NCBI GenBank assembly: GCA_964567555.1
Contig: CAZMNA010000002.1
Coordinates: 5,795-69,794, forward strand
Origin: an uncultured Candidatus Saccharibacteria bacterium
GTDB taxonomy: Bacteria; Patescibacteriota; Saccharimonadia; Saccharimonadales; UBA10212
Reading direction: 5' to 3'
Length of the DNA: 64,000 nt
Part shown: positions 33,232-42,664 of the stretch, in pieces
How the letters are laid out: each line of letters begins with the position of its first letter
How positions within the stretch are numbered: the stretch's first letter is position 1
Translations under genes and position numbers: made by a program
Notes under the pieces: generated by a model
The model's input: only the letters and a program-made list of their open reading frames with translations
What the model was told of the DNA's origin: nothing
Databases searched by the model: none

Positions 33232-33722
33232 TTTAGGTAATACTCTTTTTTAACACTTTTAATCATACGGCCGGATTTCTTAAGACGCACCTGGGAAATT
33301 AGTGCAAAGCTATCAATAATCAGCTCCTGGCGCTCTTTGTAATCCCAGTCTTTTTGCAAGTGATTACGCAAAGCAACATGCGGTGTATATTTAGCACCTA
33401 AATAATCTTTTTGGTGGACTGGAAAACCGTTTTTCTCCAGCCCGTGAAAGACGGCCCAGTGCAGCTGATGGAACTCACCTGGATCATCAATAAGAGCTAC
33501 GTCATATTTATCTTTTATGCCCCATGTTTCACGCTTGCCAGCACTAACAATAAAGGCCTGCGTCTTGCTGGCAATTCCGGACAATAAATTATCCAGTTTC
33601 TTAAAATCAAAACACGGGAACCACGGCACGATTGTGATGTGCGGTGGCCAGACTTCAAATTCTTTCCCTTTCTCAAGCTGCTCGAGCATTACTACAATTA
33701 AATGCTCGTTACGCACAGCCAT
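33228..33722 (-). CDS. 2H phosphoesterase superfamily protein (LigT-like)
   Basis: Two HxT/A-type motifs, PHITIVPW and TPHVALRN. Confidence 0.5.
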   Translation of the reverse strand: MAVRNEHLIVVMLEQLEKGKEFEVWPPHITIVPWFPCFDFKKLDNLLSGIASKTQAFIVSAGKRETWGIKDKYDVALIDDPGEFHQLHWAVFHGLEKNGFPVHQKDYLGAKYTPHVALRNHLQKDWDYKERQELIIDSFALISQVRLKKSGRMIKSVKKEYYLK

Positions 33723-33729
33723 ATAAAGC

Positions 33730-34293
33730 TTACTTTACGCGCTCCCGGTAGGCGCCTGTTTCGGTGTTAACGGAGATAATATCGCCAGTTTTTACGAATG
33801 CCGGCACTTTGATAGTGATGCCAGTTTCTAACTTTGCGTCTTTGGTAATGGCGGTTGAGGTGTCACCCCGGACCGCGTTTTCTGTGTAAGTAACTTTGAT
33901 GGGTAGATTCTTGGGCAGTTCAATATTAATAATCTGGCCATCAAAAAATTGGGCCGTTACATTATCGCCATCTTTCATAAAGCCAGCCTGGTTTTCCAGA
34001 GCATCGGTGCCAAGCTCAAACTGCTCATAAGAGTCTGGGTCCATAAAAAAGCAGTTGATACCGTCGTTATATAGATATTGCACCGGGCGACTGGCGACAT
34101 CGGCATTATCAACGGTGTCATTGCCGTGGAAAGTCTTGTTTAGCACTTTACCGGAAGTTAAACTTTTGATTTTGACGTTAACGCTGGCACCACCGCGCCC
34201 CATGACTTTGTGGCTATATTCCAAAACCCGGTAAGGTTCGCCGTCCAGCGCAAAGACAGTCCCTTTTTTAAGGTTAGTGATGCTAAGCGCCAT
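33730..34293 (-). CDS. efp: elongation factor P
   Basis: 187 aa with a typical EF-P N-terminus (NLKKGTVFALDGEPYRVLEYSH...GRGGA). Confidence 0.9.
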   Translation of the reverse strand: MALSITNLKKGTVFALDGEPYRVLEYSHKVMGRGGASVNVKIKSLTSGKVLNKTFHGNDTVDNADVASRPVQYLYNDGINCFFMDPDSYEQFELGTDALENQAGFMKDGDNVTAQFFDGQIINIELPKNLPIKVTYTENAVRGDTSTAITKDAKLETGITIKVPAFVKTGDIISVNTETGAYRERVK

Positions 34294-34802
34294 TACTGAT
34301 TGCTTCTGTAGAGGAGCGCTGGGCCGCCGCTATAGAGCGACCCCCCATCTATTTCTTCAAGGTCGCCAGGTGTATGCACTGGCTCTATAAGGCCATACAG
34401 GGCTTGCGCCGATTCTAATTCATTGGTGATGACATATCCATTCGGCCTTAGAAGATGAACAACAACATAGGCATCGAGTATCCGCGCGTTAAGCCCTATC
34501 AAGGCATCAAACCGATCTTGCCGCGGAACTCGCGCGGCAAATTCGGCGGCAAACTTGCGCGGCCAACCAGTATAACTTATATAGCCGAGCCTGTTCAGGA
34601 TATGAGTAGAATTATGGCTAATATTAACATTTACAACTCGCTCTCGGCCCAAGGCAGCTGCTGCTGTGACATCCGTGTTGCTTCGGAGGTCAGCGTAGTG
34701 AGGATCCGTCGCTAGGTCCATGTAGTCCTTGAGTTCAGCCAGTCGGAGCGCTAAATCTACAGACCCATAGGTCCCCGGAGCTAATTCGGGAATATTTCTC
34801 AT
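34293..34802 (-). CDS. hypothetical protein (169 aa)
   Basis: ATG 34802 with GGAG 4 nt upstream; no recognisable motif. Confidence 0.45.
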   Translation of the reverse strand: MRNIPELAPGTYGSVDLALRLAELKDYMDLATDPHYADLRSNTDVTAAAALGRERVVNVNISHNSTHILNRLGYISYTGWPRKFAAEFAARVPRQDRFDALIGLNARILDAYVVVHLLRPNGYVITNELESAQALYGLIEPVHTPGDLEEIDGGSLYSGGPALLYRSNQ

Positions 34803-34809
34803 AGGACTC

Positions 34810-35013
34810 CTATCCGTTAGATACGAATGGTAACAGTGCAATGTGGCGGGCGCGTTTAATTGCGCGTGCTAGCTGACGCTGTTTAGACTCAGTCAAGCCG
34901 GTTTTCTTGCGAGTTTCAATTTGTCCGTATTGGTTAACGTAGCGTTGTAGGGTCTTAAAATCCTTGTAGTCAAAAAAGGCTACGTCAGTTCGGTGTTTAA
35001 AAATTTTAGCCAT
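34810..35013 (-). CDS. rpsR: 30S ribosomal protein bS18
   Basis: TGLTESKQRQLARAIKRARHIALLPFV. Confidence 0.9.
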   Translation of the reverse strand: MAKIFKHRTDVAFFDYKDFKTLQRYVNQYGQIETRKKTGLTESKQRQLARAIKRARHIALLPFVSNG

Positions 35014-35031
35014 TTATTCTCCTTCTCTTTT

Positions 35032-35298
35032 CTAAGCTACTTGATGCCAAGGGTTAATTTCTGCGCATTGTAGCTGAACCGCAGCGCCCATAAGAGCGTT
35101 CCTGCCTAAAACTAAATTTTTTGTATGCACAAACACCGTATCGCTTTCTGGAAAGTGAACTCCTGAGGGATTAATCCGTACATCCGCGCCATTTGCGGCA
35201 ACTTTTTCTAGTATTTCTCTTACTTGCTTGTGCCTTTTAAGAGGATTTAAAGATAGATCCAGTGATGCAGCTTCTGCTAATGTGAGTCCTTCAATCAT
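35032..35298 (-). CDS. hypothetical 88-aa protein inserted between ssb and rpsR
   Basis: ORF only; no motif recognised. Confidence 0.4.
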   Translation of the reverse strand: MIEGLTLAEAASLDLSLNPLKRHKQVREILEKVAANGADVRINPSGVHFPESDTVFVHTKNLVLGRNALMGAAVQLQCAEINPWHQVA

Positions 35299-35306
35299 CG
35301 TCGTCC

Positions 35307-35786
35307 TTAAAACGGGATATCGTCTAGATTGATTGGCTCGTCGCCAATATCCTCTATCACGACTTCCTCGTCATCTTTCTTCTTGCTAGAGCTTTTTTTG
35401 GCTGGAGCTGGTGTCTGATCTATATCGTCATTTCCGGCTGGCGCACCGCCACCCCCCGGACCGCCCAAGAACGTCACATCGTTTGCGACCACTTCAACTT
35501 TGCTACGCTTTTGGCCGTCCTGCTCCCAGCTGCGGCTTGTTAAACGGCCACTCACCAAGGCTGGGCGGCCTTTGGTCAAATATTGGGCAACCCGTTCGCC
35601 CAAAGTCCCCCAAGCCACTATGTCAATAAAATCAGTAACTTCTTGCCATTCGCCGTCAGCATTCTTGTAGGAACGGTTAAGCGCCAGGCTGAAGTTACAT
35701 ACGTTGGTACCGTTCGGTGTGGTACGCATTTCCGGGTCACGAGTCAGGTTCCCCATTAAAATAACCTGATTAAAAGACCTCGCCAT
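35307..35786 (-). CDS. ssb: single-stranded DNA-binding protein
   Basis: OB-fold N-terminus NQVILMGNLTRDPE, Gly-rich linker, acidic tail ending DDIPF. Confidence 0.9.
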   Translation of the reverse strand: MARSFNQVILMGNLTRDPEMRTTPNGTNVCNFSLALNRSYKNADGEWQEVTDFIDIVAWGTLGERVAQYLTKGRPALVSGRLTSRSWEQDGQKRSKVEVVANDVTFLGGPGGGGAPAGNDDIDQTPAPAKKSSSKKKDDEEVVIEDIGDEPINLDDIPF

Positions 35787-35816
35787 TGCTAAACTCTCCC
35801 CTTTATAGTCACTATT

Positions 35817-36203
35817 CTACTCCTCACTGGAACTTTCTTCACTGTTTGATTCTTCTTCAGAACGTTCGCCGGCTTTTTTGACCTTCTCTGCCTTCAAAAC
35901 CTCGGCTTTGGCCATGGCTTTTAGGTCCGGTCTGGTAACCAAAAAACGGATGATCTCATCAGTGATGTTAAAAGTTTGTTCAATCTTGGCCGGCGCGTCA
36001 GCTGGTGCCTCAACCGTATAAAAAACATAGACAGCAAAGTCCTCTTTTTTTATCGGGTAGGCCAATTTGCGCTTGCCCCAATTGTCAGTCTTGGTAATTT
36101 TACCGCCATTACTCTCAATGATTTTCTTGACGCGGCTTTCCGCCTTATCTAAATCAATTTCAAGTGACGGGTGATATAACACAGCAACTTCGTACGTATT
36201 CAA
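35817..36203 (-). CDS. rpsF: 30S ribosomal protein bS6 with acidic tail
   Basis: MNTYEVAVLYHP...WGKRKLAYPI. Confidence 0.9.
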   Translation of the reverse strand: MNTYEVAVLYHPSLEIDLDKAESRVKKIIESNGGKITKTDNWGKRKLAYPIKKEDFAVYVFYTVEAPADAPAKIEQTFNITDEIIRFLVTRPDLKAMAKAEVLKAEKVKKAGERSEEESNSEESSSEE

Positions 36204-36267
36204 CTGGCATTCCTTTCCTTGGTTAAAGGCTGGGTACCTGCGAGTGTCCCAACCTAAAAGGTTTGTT

Positions 36268-37164
36268 TTACGCTGCTAATTGTACTCGCTCGACCTCTGT
36301 TTGTAAAGTCTCCCCGGCTGAATTGGACTCGACAAATTCTCTGAACAAGATACCATTCGCAATTGTAAGCAATGTCTTATGCGAGGGAGTCCTGACCGGA
36401 TAAAAGTTAGGATCAGTTGATAATCTACGATCGGCAAGCTTATTGATATAGGGATCTTTTAGCGCTAGGGCCAATCTTTTGAGCGCGCTAGTGACGAGTC
36501 TTGGTTCGAGCACTTCGGCTGAAGATACCCCTCTTTCAGCGTCTGCCCGGGCTTCTTGCATAACCTCGCGTCTTTGAAAGATATCCACGTCCTCGATCCA
36601 AGGCGGATTGAACGAGCCTACGTCTACGTTGTATTGGTTATTACCATTCAATAAATTAAGGTATATTGCTGATGCTCCTACTACATCTAGTCGCCGGAAG
36701 TCTCTGAGAGCCATCTCTATGGTGGCCATGGGCGGACGAGTACCGTATATTTCATGAACGTCGTGGTACATTTCTTCGCTACCTATGCGCATATGCAGTT
36801 GTTGATAAGTTGAGCCCCTAAACCAGATTAGTCTTTCATCTCTCTCTTCTTCCGGTAAGCTTTCTTGCTTATATACAGTTTTTGGATGATTCACATGATG
36901 GTATTCCCAACCACGGGTAGCGTATAGGGGGACAAACAGTGGATTTCGGTGTAAGTACATCGAAAGTGCGTCCATATCCACAAGCCCACTCTCTAAAGTC
37001 GGCACTGGCTTTTCGTGTCTCGCCCTTTGTATGCTTTCCTTTTTTCCCGCGGGAACGGAACCGAAATAAGCCTTCCCATTTAAAGAAAAAACCGTGCGTG
37101 AGGGCACGGATAGAGGACTTTGCAGTGGAGGACTGTGCTCATGTAGCTCTAGTCCCCTAGGCAC
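36268..37164 (-). CDS. hypothetical protein (298 aa, GTG start)
   Basis: Long ORF between ftsK and rpsF; no recognisable motif. Confidence 0.45.
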   Translation of the reverse strand: MPRGLELHEHSPPLQSPLSVPSRTVFSLNGKAYFGSVPAGKKESIQRARHEKPVPTLESGLVDMDALSMYLHRNPLFVPLYATRGWEYHHVNHPKTVYKQESLPEEERDERLIWFRGSTYQQLHMRIGSEEMYHDVHEIYGTRPPMATIEMALRDFRRLDVVGASAIYLNLLNGNNQYNVDVGSFNPPWIEDVDIFQRREVMQEARADAERGVSSAEVLEPRLVTSALKRLALALKDPYINKLADRRLSTDPNFYPVRTPSHKTLLTIANGILFREFVESNSAGETLQTEVERVQLAA

Positions 37165-37288
37165 TTTATTATTCCCAGTATTTTTATTTCACTCACTAAT
37201 CTTATTTTAAAGGGCTTATGCTAATTTTGGCAAGCCTGTTTTAGAGCTTCGCTGATGAGGGAAAGGTAGTAGCTCGGCTTGGTTTGCT

Positions 37289-37313
37289 AAAAAAAGCAAA
37301 CTCAGCTTTTGCT
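37289..37313 (-). terminator. rho-independent terminator after ftsK
   Basis: Minus strand AGCAAA-agctgag-TTTGCT followed by T6. The T-run/AGCAAAC beyond it can form an alternative hairpin. Confidence 0.6.
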
Positions 37314-37348
37314 GACCGAGCGTTGAAGGAAAACCGCTAGGTTGTCCT

Positions 37349-39643
37349 TCAAGTCTCGTCCGGCATGTCGTCGTAGACGTCGCCGTCTGGGTTGGCTGGC
37401 GCGGCGGTAACTTCTGCCGGTTCGGCCTCTGTTTCTGGCCCGGCCGGCGGCTCTGGTGCCGCGTCCATCGCACCAAAAACGTCATCCGCACTGGACACTA
37501 AAACCTCACGCGGGCGGTTGGTGCCATCAGAACCGGCAATAATGCCCCGCTCTTCCATAATATCCATCAGGCGTGAGGCCCGGCCGTAGCCAATCCTAAG
37601 CTTGCGTTGAAGTAAGCTTGTGCTGGCTTTGCCGGCGGCTGTCACAACCTCCACAGAATCGCGCAGGGCGGCATCGTCTTCACCGCTATCGCTAGACATC
37701 ATGGTACCTTTACCACCGATGGTAACCGGCTGGGAAATAACTTCATCGTCATACTGCGGGCCGCGCTGTTTACGTAGAAAATCACAGACTTTGGTTGTCT
37801 CGCTATCGCTAATTAATGAGCCCTGGACACGCTTAGGCTTCATGTATTCGGGAATACTAAATAATAGGTCGCCACGGCCCAGCAGTTTCTCTGCGCCGGC
37901 CTGGTCAATGATAGTCCGGCTGTCCACCTGGCTAACCACAGTAAAGGCAATCCGCGCCGGGATGTTAGCCTTAATTAGCCCGGTTATAACGTCCACGCTA
38001 GGCCGCTGTGTAGCAATGATTAAATGGATACCAGCGGCACGGGCTTTTTGAGCCAACCTTACGATGAGCGATTCTACATCGCGTGCGGCCATCATCATAA
38101 GATCCGCCAGCTCATCAATCACAATTACAATGTAGGGCATGCCTTCTTCTTGCTTGACTTCGTTATATTCGGCGATGTTGCGCTTGCCTTCAGCGGCAAA
38201 CGCCTTAAGGCGGCGTTCCATCTCTGCCACGGCCCATTTGAGGGCGGAGATACACTTTTCCGGCTCGTGAACCACCGGTGCAAGCAGGTGCGGGATGTCT
38301 TTGTAAAGATTCATCTCAACTTGTTTGGGGTCCACCAAAATTAATTTGAGGTCGGATGGCCCGTTTCTATAAAGCAGGCTGGTCAAAATCGTGTTGATGG
38401 CAACGGATTTACCAGAGCCGGTCTGGCCAGCTATAAGCAGGTGCGGCATTTTTTCTAGGTCACCCAGCACCGGCAAGCCAGAAATATCTTTACCAATGGA
38501 GATTTCCAGCGGGCTTTTGGCTTCCCCCCACTCGGGGCTGGCCAGTAGCGAATGAATCGTAACGGTCGCGGCTTTGACGTTGGGCACTTCAATTCCCACC
38601 GCCCTTTTGCCCGGAATTGGGGCTTCCATGCGGATAGAACTGGCGGCTAAATCAAGTGCCAGGTTATTTTCCAGTGCTGTTAAGCGACTGAGTTTTACGC
38701 CGTGCGGCGGCTTGAGTGTGTATTGGGTTACACGCGGCCCGACGTTGGCGCCCTCAACATCTACATCAATATTAAAGTTGGCAAAAGTATCTTTAATAAT
38801 CTCGGCGTTTTGTTTAACATCACCGGCATCAGCCTTGTCTTGATTGGCATTAAGTAAATCCAAAGACGGGAATTTCCAGTCGGGGTCAGAGGCCGTCACT
38901 AGCGCGGCGTGGTCCTGCTCTGGAGCCAGTTTTTGGGCAGTGTTACGTAGTGACGACATGCGAGCGGTCGCCGGCATCCCCTGATGATGTTCCACTGGTA
39001 CACCCTCATGCAGCTGGAAGTCCGGGTTCATTTTGGCCTTTAAGGCCGCCAGGTCTTCTTCACTTTTTTCTTTGGGCTCGCGTTTAAACAGTTGGGATAA
39101 TTTAGCCAGGCTTTTGGGGTCAATTGAAAAGGTAAACATTATGGCAAACACACCCAGTAGGAAAAATACCAGCGAGGATAAAAAGTTGCCCAAAGCGTGA
39201 GCTAGACCGTTGCCAAAAAACTTGCCAATCGCTCCGCCGTGACCGCCGACTTGCTGGGCGGAGTTTAGGGCGCCATGCAAAAAGGCTGTATGCAACCAGC
39301 CAGCCCAAAAGACTAATAATCCCAGTACCCCAGCCATCTTAGGCAGCGGCACGCGGCGATCTTCGTTTATGAATTTGAGTGAGCCGAGGTAGATTAGGGC
39401 GAACGGCACGATAATGGTTACTGTGCCAAGCGCCCACCAGACGCCGTGCCAAAAATCGTGTGGAATCGGCGCGTGGGAGAATGAGCCAAAGGCTAGCACC
39501 AGCCCAGCTAGAATAAAGCCGATCGCCCAGACGCTGCGCCAAAAAGCCGTTAAATCGCGCTTATCGGCTAAAGCCTTTTTGCGCGATTTTTTTAAAGCCG
39601 TAGTTTTAGAACTTTTTCTTTTCTTTGGCATGCTTACATTCAT
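37349..39643 (-). CDS. ftsK: DNA translocase FtsK/SpoIIIE
   Basis: N-terminal TM block, motor domain with GQTGSGKS and the C-terminal gamma (winged-helix) region LLQRKLRIGYGRASRLMD. Confidence 0.9.
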   Translation of the reverse strand: MNVSMPKKRKSSKTTALKKSRKKALADKRDLTAFWRSVWAIGFILAGLVLAFGSFSHAPIPHDFWHGVWWALGTVTIIVPFALIYLGSLKFINEDRRVPLPKMAGVLGLLVFWAGWLHTAFLHGALNSAQQVGGHGGAIGKFFGNGLAHALGNFLSSLVFFLLGVFAIMFTFSIDPKSLAKLSQLFKREPKEKSEEDLAALKAKMNPDFQLHEGVPVEHHQGMPATARMSSLRNTAQKLAPEQDHAALVTASDPDWKFPSLDLLNANQDKADAGDVKQNAEIIKDTFANFNIDVDVEGANVGPRVTQYTLKPPHGVKLSRLTALENNLALDLAASSIRMEAPIPGKRAVGIEVPNVKAATVTIHSLLASPEWGEAKSPLEISIGKDISGLPVLGDLEKMPHLLIAGQTGSGKSVAINTILTSLLYRNGPSDLKLILVDPKQVEMNLYKDIPHLLAPVVHEPEKCISALKWAVAEMERRLKAFAAEGKRNIAEYNEVKQEEGMPYIVIVIDELADLMMMAARDVESLIVRLAQKARAAGIHLIIATQRPSVDVITGLIKANIPARIAFTVVSQVDSRTIIDQAGAEKLLGRGDLLFSIPEYMKPKRVQGSLISDSETTKVCDFLRKQRGPQYDDEVISQPVTIGGKGTMMSSDSGEDDAALRDSVEVVTAAGKASTSLLQRKLRIGYGRASRLMDIMEERGIIAGSDGTNRPREVLVSSADDVFGAMDAAPEPPAGPETEAEPAEVTAAPANPDGDVYDDMPDET

Positions 39644-39678
39644 TTTACCCCAGCGTTAGCACTATGGGTAATGTTGTA

Positions 39679-39708
39679 ATTATAACATGATTGTGCTTAT
39701 TGAGTCAA
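39679..39708 (-). promoter_or_regulatory. candidate ftsK promoter
   Basis: Minus strand TTGACT-N18-TATAAT with a TGT extended -10. Confidence 0.5.
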
Positions 39709-39839
39709 GCAACTCAAAGATCTCTGCTTGGTTCCGCCTGTAATGAAAGGGCCTGATTAAGCATTACCTGGCCGGCTTCAGAGACATAGCCAAAGGGCTG
39801 CCTAAAGGCTTGATTCGCATCCTTGGCTCAACCTGTATC

Positions 39840-41867
39840 CTAGTCAACGCGGGCGTCTTGGTTGAGCAACTGTTGCCGCATCTGGGCAAAGCGTCTTTGC
39901 TGGTCGGCCGCTACTTCTTCAGATGATTTTTGCATGGCCTCGGCGTGACCGTGCAGGCCGTTATTGGTCTTTTCATTGCGACTGCCAATGACGTTCACTA
40001 CCGGTATAACAATCGGTGAACGGGCCGTTTGCTCGTACAAAAAGTGAGTGACATAATCTTTAAGCTCGGCCTTGAAGCGGTCCAAATCCACGCGCTTAAA
40101 GCGCTGTGTCACTGCCCTTCTAAGCTCCTCACGGAATTCGGTCATCAGTTCCTCGTTGTCCTTCATATATATGAAGCCGCGGCTGATGATATCCGGGCTG
40201 GTCAAAAGTGCACCGTTCTTTTTGTCTATAGTCAGAACAACCGCTACTAAGCCTTCTTCGGCCAGTAGCACGCGGTCTTTGACTACCACGTTTGAGACAA
40301 TCGCGCCGGTTTGGTCCACCAAAATTGTGCCATGCGGCACTTCCCCGTCCAGCTCCATCTTATCTTTAGTAAGTTCAACTACCTGGCCGTTTTCTACGTT
40401 GTCCAAATTTGTCCGCGGGATGCCGGCCTCTATGGCTAGGTCAATATGGTATTTCTTGGCCGTGTAGTCGCCGTAAATCGGCAAAAAGAACTTGGGGTGG
40501 ATGAGCTCAATCATTTCGCGGTATTCGTCTTGGGAGGCGTGGCCGGAAACGTGTAGCGGGCCGCCGTGGTCCACTTCGTACGTCTCGTGACGATGGACAT
40601 GCATACCTTTTCTGAACAAATCGTCCACCATAGCCCGAATTAAGGCGTCGTTGCCCGAATATGGGATTGGCGTAGACGAAAGTATGACCGTGTCTTGCTC
40701 TTTGAGCGTTATGTATTTGTGATCGCCTAGGCTCATGCGCTGCAGAGCGGAGTTAGGTTCGCCCTGAGAGCCGGTACAAACCACCACAACTTCCTCGTCC
40801 TTGAGCTTAGGTACGCTGGAAATCGGCACAAAGGTGCCCTTGGGGATCTTCATGAAGCCGTTTGTGACGGCCATCTCAAGGGTAGAGATCATGCTGCGGC
40901 CATCCATGGCAACCTTGCGGTTGTGTCTGACAGCGGCGTTTACAATCATTTGTACGCGGTTCATGTTGGTAGAAAACACGCCGACAAAAATTCGGCCGGG
41001 GGCTGACTCCATGATATCCACGTAGCTTTGTTCAATGGTGGATTCACTAGGTGTACGGCCAGGACGCTCGGTCGTCGTGGATTCGCTCATTAGCAGTAGC
41101 ACGCCTTCATCAGCTAATTGTTTTAGTCTGTCTGAGTCAGTGCGCTCGTGGTCCAGTGGATTGGGGTCCAAGCGGAAATCTCCGGTGTTAATGACGCGCC
41201 CAACCGGCGTATCTACAACCACCATGGTACTGCCCGGAATAGAGTGCGTTACCCTAACCAGCTCCACAAAAAATTGGCCGATTTTAAGCCGTTCGTGAGT
41301 ATCCTCGTTCATGACTTTGGTGCTTAGCTTAAAACCTTCCGGCAGAGGCAAGCCAAAGTTTTCAAATATTTCTTCTACCCGGCCGATGGTAAAGCGGCTG
41401 CCGTAAACCGGCACGTTGTACTTAGGCAAAATGTGCGGCAAACCGCCCATGTGGTCCAAGTGGCCGTGGGTAATCACAAAAGCTTTGATTTTGTTCTTAA
41501 TTTGGTCCAAATAGGTGGTGTCAGCGATGCCGTAGTTGATGCCAGGCAAATCAACACCAAGGTCATTGCCGCAGTCAATTACAATCGCGTCGTTTTGGTA
41601 CTCAAGCACCATCATATTTTTAGAGCCGCCGCCGTCCATACCTCCTAAGCCGACAATTCTAAGGCGCGGGCTGTCATCAATTAAGTTAGCGCGGCGTGGT
41701 TTTACGACCTGTGCAGCTGAAGCGTCACGGTACTGGTTGGCGATGCGGTTAGCATCGGCTACTGTGCGTTTTTGGGCACGCAAAGCCGCCCCGCGGCTGA
41801 CTTTAGCGGTCCGGTTAGACCCGTCTTGCGGGGCTTTTGGTCTGGAATTTTTTGGTTTGTTATCCAT
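39840..41867 (-). CDS. rnj: ribonuclease J (beta-CASP metallo-beta-lactamase) with basic N-terminal extension
   Basis: HGHLDHMGG motif; beta-CASP and C-terminal domain lengths fit RNase J. Confidence 0.85.
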   Translation of the reverse strand: MDNKPKNSRPKAPQDGSNRTAKVSRGAALRAQKRTVADANRIANQYRDASAAQVVKPRRANLIDDSPRLRIVGLGGMDGGGSKNMMVLEYQNDAIVIDCGNDLGVDLPGINYGIADTTYLDQIKNKIKAFVITHGHLDHMGGLPHILPKYNVPVYGSRFTIGRVEEIFENFGLPLPEGFKLSTKVMNEDTHERLKIGQFFVELVRVTHSIPGSTMVVVDTPVGRVINTGDFRLDPNPLDHERTDSDRLKQLADEGVLLLMSESTTTERPGRTPSESTIEQSYVDIMESAPGRIFVGVFSTNMNRVQMIVNAAVRHNRKVAMDGRSMISTLEMAVTNGFMKIPKGTFVPISSVPKLKDEEVVVVCTGSQGEPNSALQRMSLGDHKYITLKEQDTVILSSTPIPYSGNDALIRAMVDDLFRKGMHVHRHETYEVDHGGPLHVSGHASQDEYREMIELIHPKFFLPIYGDYTAKKYHIDLAIEAGIPRTNLDNVENGQVVELTKDKMELDGEVPHGTILVDQTGAIVSNVVVKDRVLLAEEGLVAVVLTIDKKNGALLTSPDIISRGFIYMKDNEELMTEFREELRRAVTQRFKRVDLDRFKAELKDYVTHFLYEQTARSPIVIPVVNVIGSRNEKTNNGLHGHAEAMQKSSEEVAADQQRRFAQMRQQLLNQDARVD

Positions 41868-41914
41868 AATTATCCTTTCTTTTTAGGGGTTATTAATATG
41901 AATTTCTATAAAAA

Positions 41915-42646
41915 TTATTTGATTGCACTTAAGATTTTAGGAATCTTACTAAAATCATCTATTAAAGTTTGGCGCATGCCGCCGTTATAAAGAGCCGCCG
42001 CTGGGTGAAACAGTGGCAGGATGACCCAGGACGTAAAAGCCTGCTCACCGGCAGAGCCGGCGACACCGCTTTTACTGGCGGCACGTTTCTGCGTTGCAGG
42101 CTGCGGCTGCTCCTTCGCAGTACCTTTTTGTACAGCTTCAATCCGCTGCTCGCTTGCGCCTTGAACCGCACTCGCCTCTGACTCCCCTGCCAGCTTAACT
42201 TTGATTCGTTTTGGTTGCCCATGGCAGATGCCGATTCTTAGTCCAGGAATTAGCGTTTCTAGACTATGCCTACCTAGGGTAACGATTAACTTGGGCTTAA
42301 TAATCTCTAGCTGGCGCTTTAAAAACGGCAAAAAGGCCATCTTTTCATCCGGCAGTGGGTCACGGTTAGCCGGCGGCCGGTATTTGACAATGTTGGTGAT
42401 GTAAACATCCGAACGTTTTAGACCAATACCAGCCAACATCTCGTTTAAAAACTTGCCAGCCGCACCGACGAACGGCAGACCCTGCAAGTCCTCGTTTTTG
42501 CCTGGCGCCTCGCCAATAAAGACAATCTCGGCTTCGGGCGATCCATCGCCAAACACCAATTGTGTGGCGTTTTTGGCTAGTCCCTCGCAAATGTTTTGGT
42601 TAATGATGTCCTCTTGCACTTTTTGTAACTCGCTAGCGTTGCTCAT
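41915..42646 (-). CDS. family 4 uracil-DNA glycosylase
   Basis: GEAPGKNEDLQGLPFVGAAGKFLNEML. A low-complexity insertion lies near the C-terminus. Confidence 0.85.
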   Translation of the reverse strand: MSNASELQKVQEDIINQNICEGLAKNATQLVFGDGSPEAEIVFIGEAPGKNEDLQGLPFVGAAGKFLNEMLAGIGLKRSDVYITNIVKYRPPANRDPLPDEKMAFLPFLKRQLEIIKPKLIVTLGRHSLETLIPGLRIGICHGQPKRIKVKLAGESEASAVQGASEQRIEAVQKGTAKEQPQPATQKRAASKSGVAGSAGEQAFTSWVILPLFHPAAALYNGGMRQTLIDDFSKIPKILSAIK

Positions 42647-42664
42647 AGTCGGTTTTAAAGTTGT

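Noticed and set aside
37238-37259. GTTTTAGAGCT (identical to the start of the S. pyogenes-type CRISPR repeat) followed by CTGATGAG (hammerhead ribozyme core motif) in the ftsK downstream spacer.
   Set aside because: It is a single occurrence with no repeat-spacer array and no cas genes. After CTGATGA there is no stem II/GAAA/stem III arrangement (GGGAAAGG cannot pair), so it is neither a CRISPR array nor a hammerhead.
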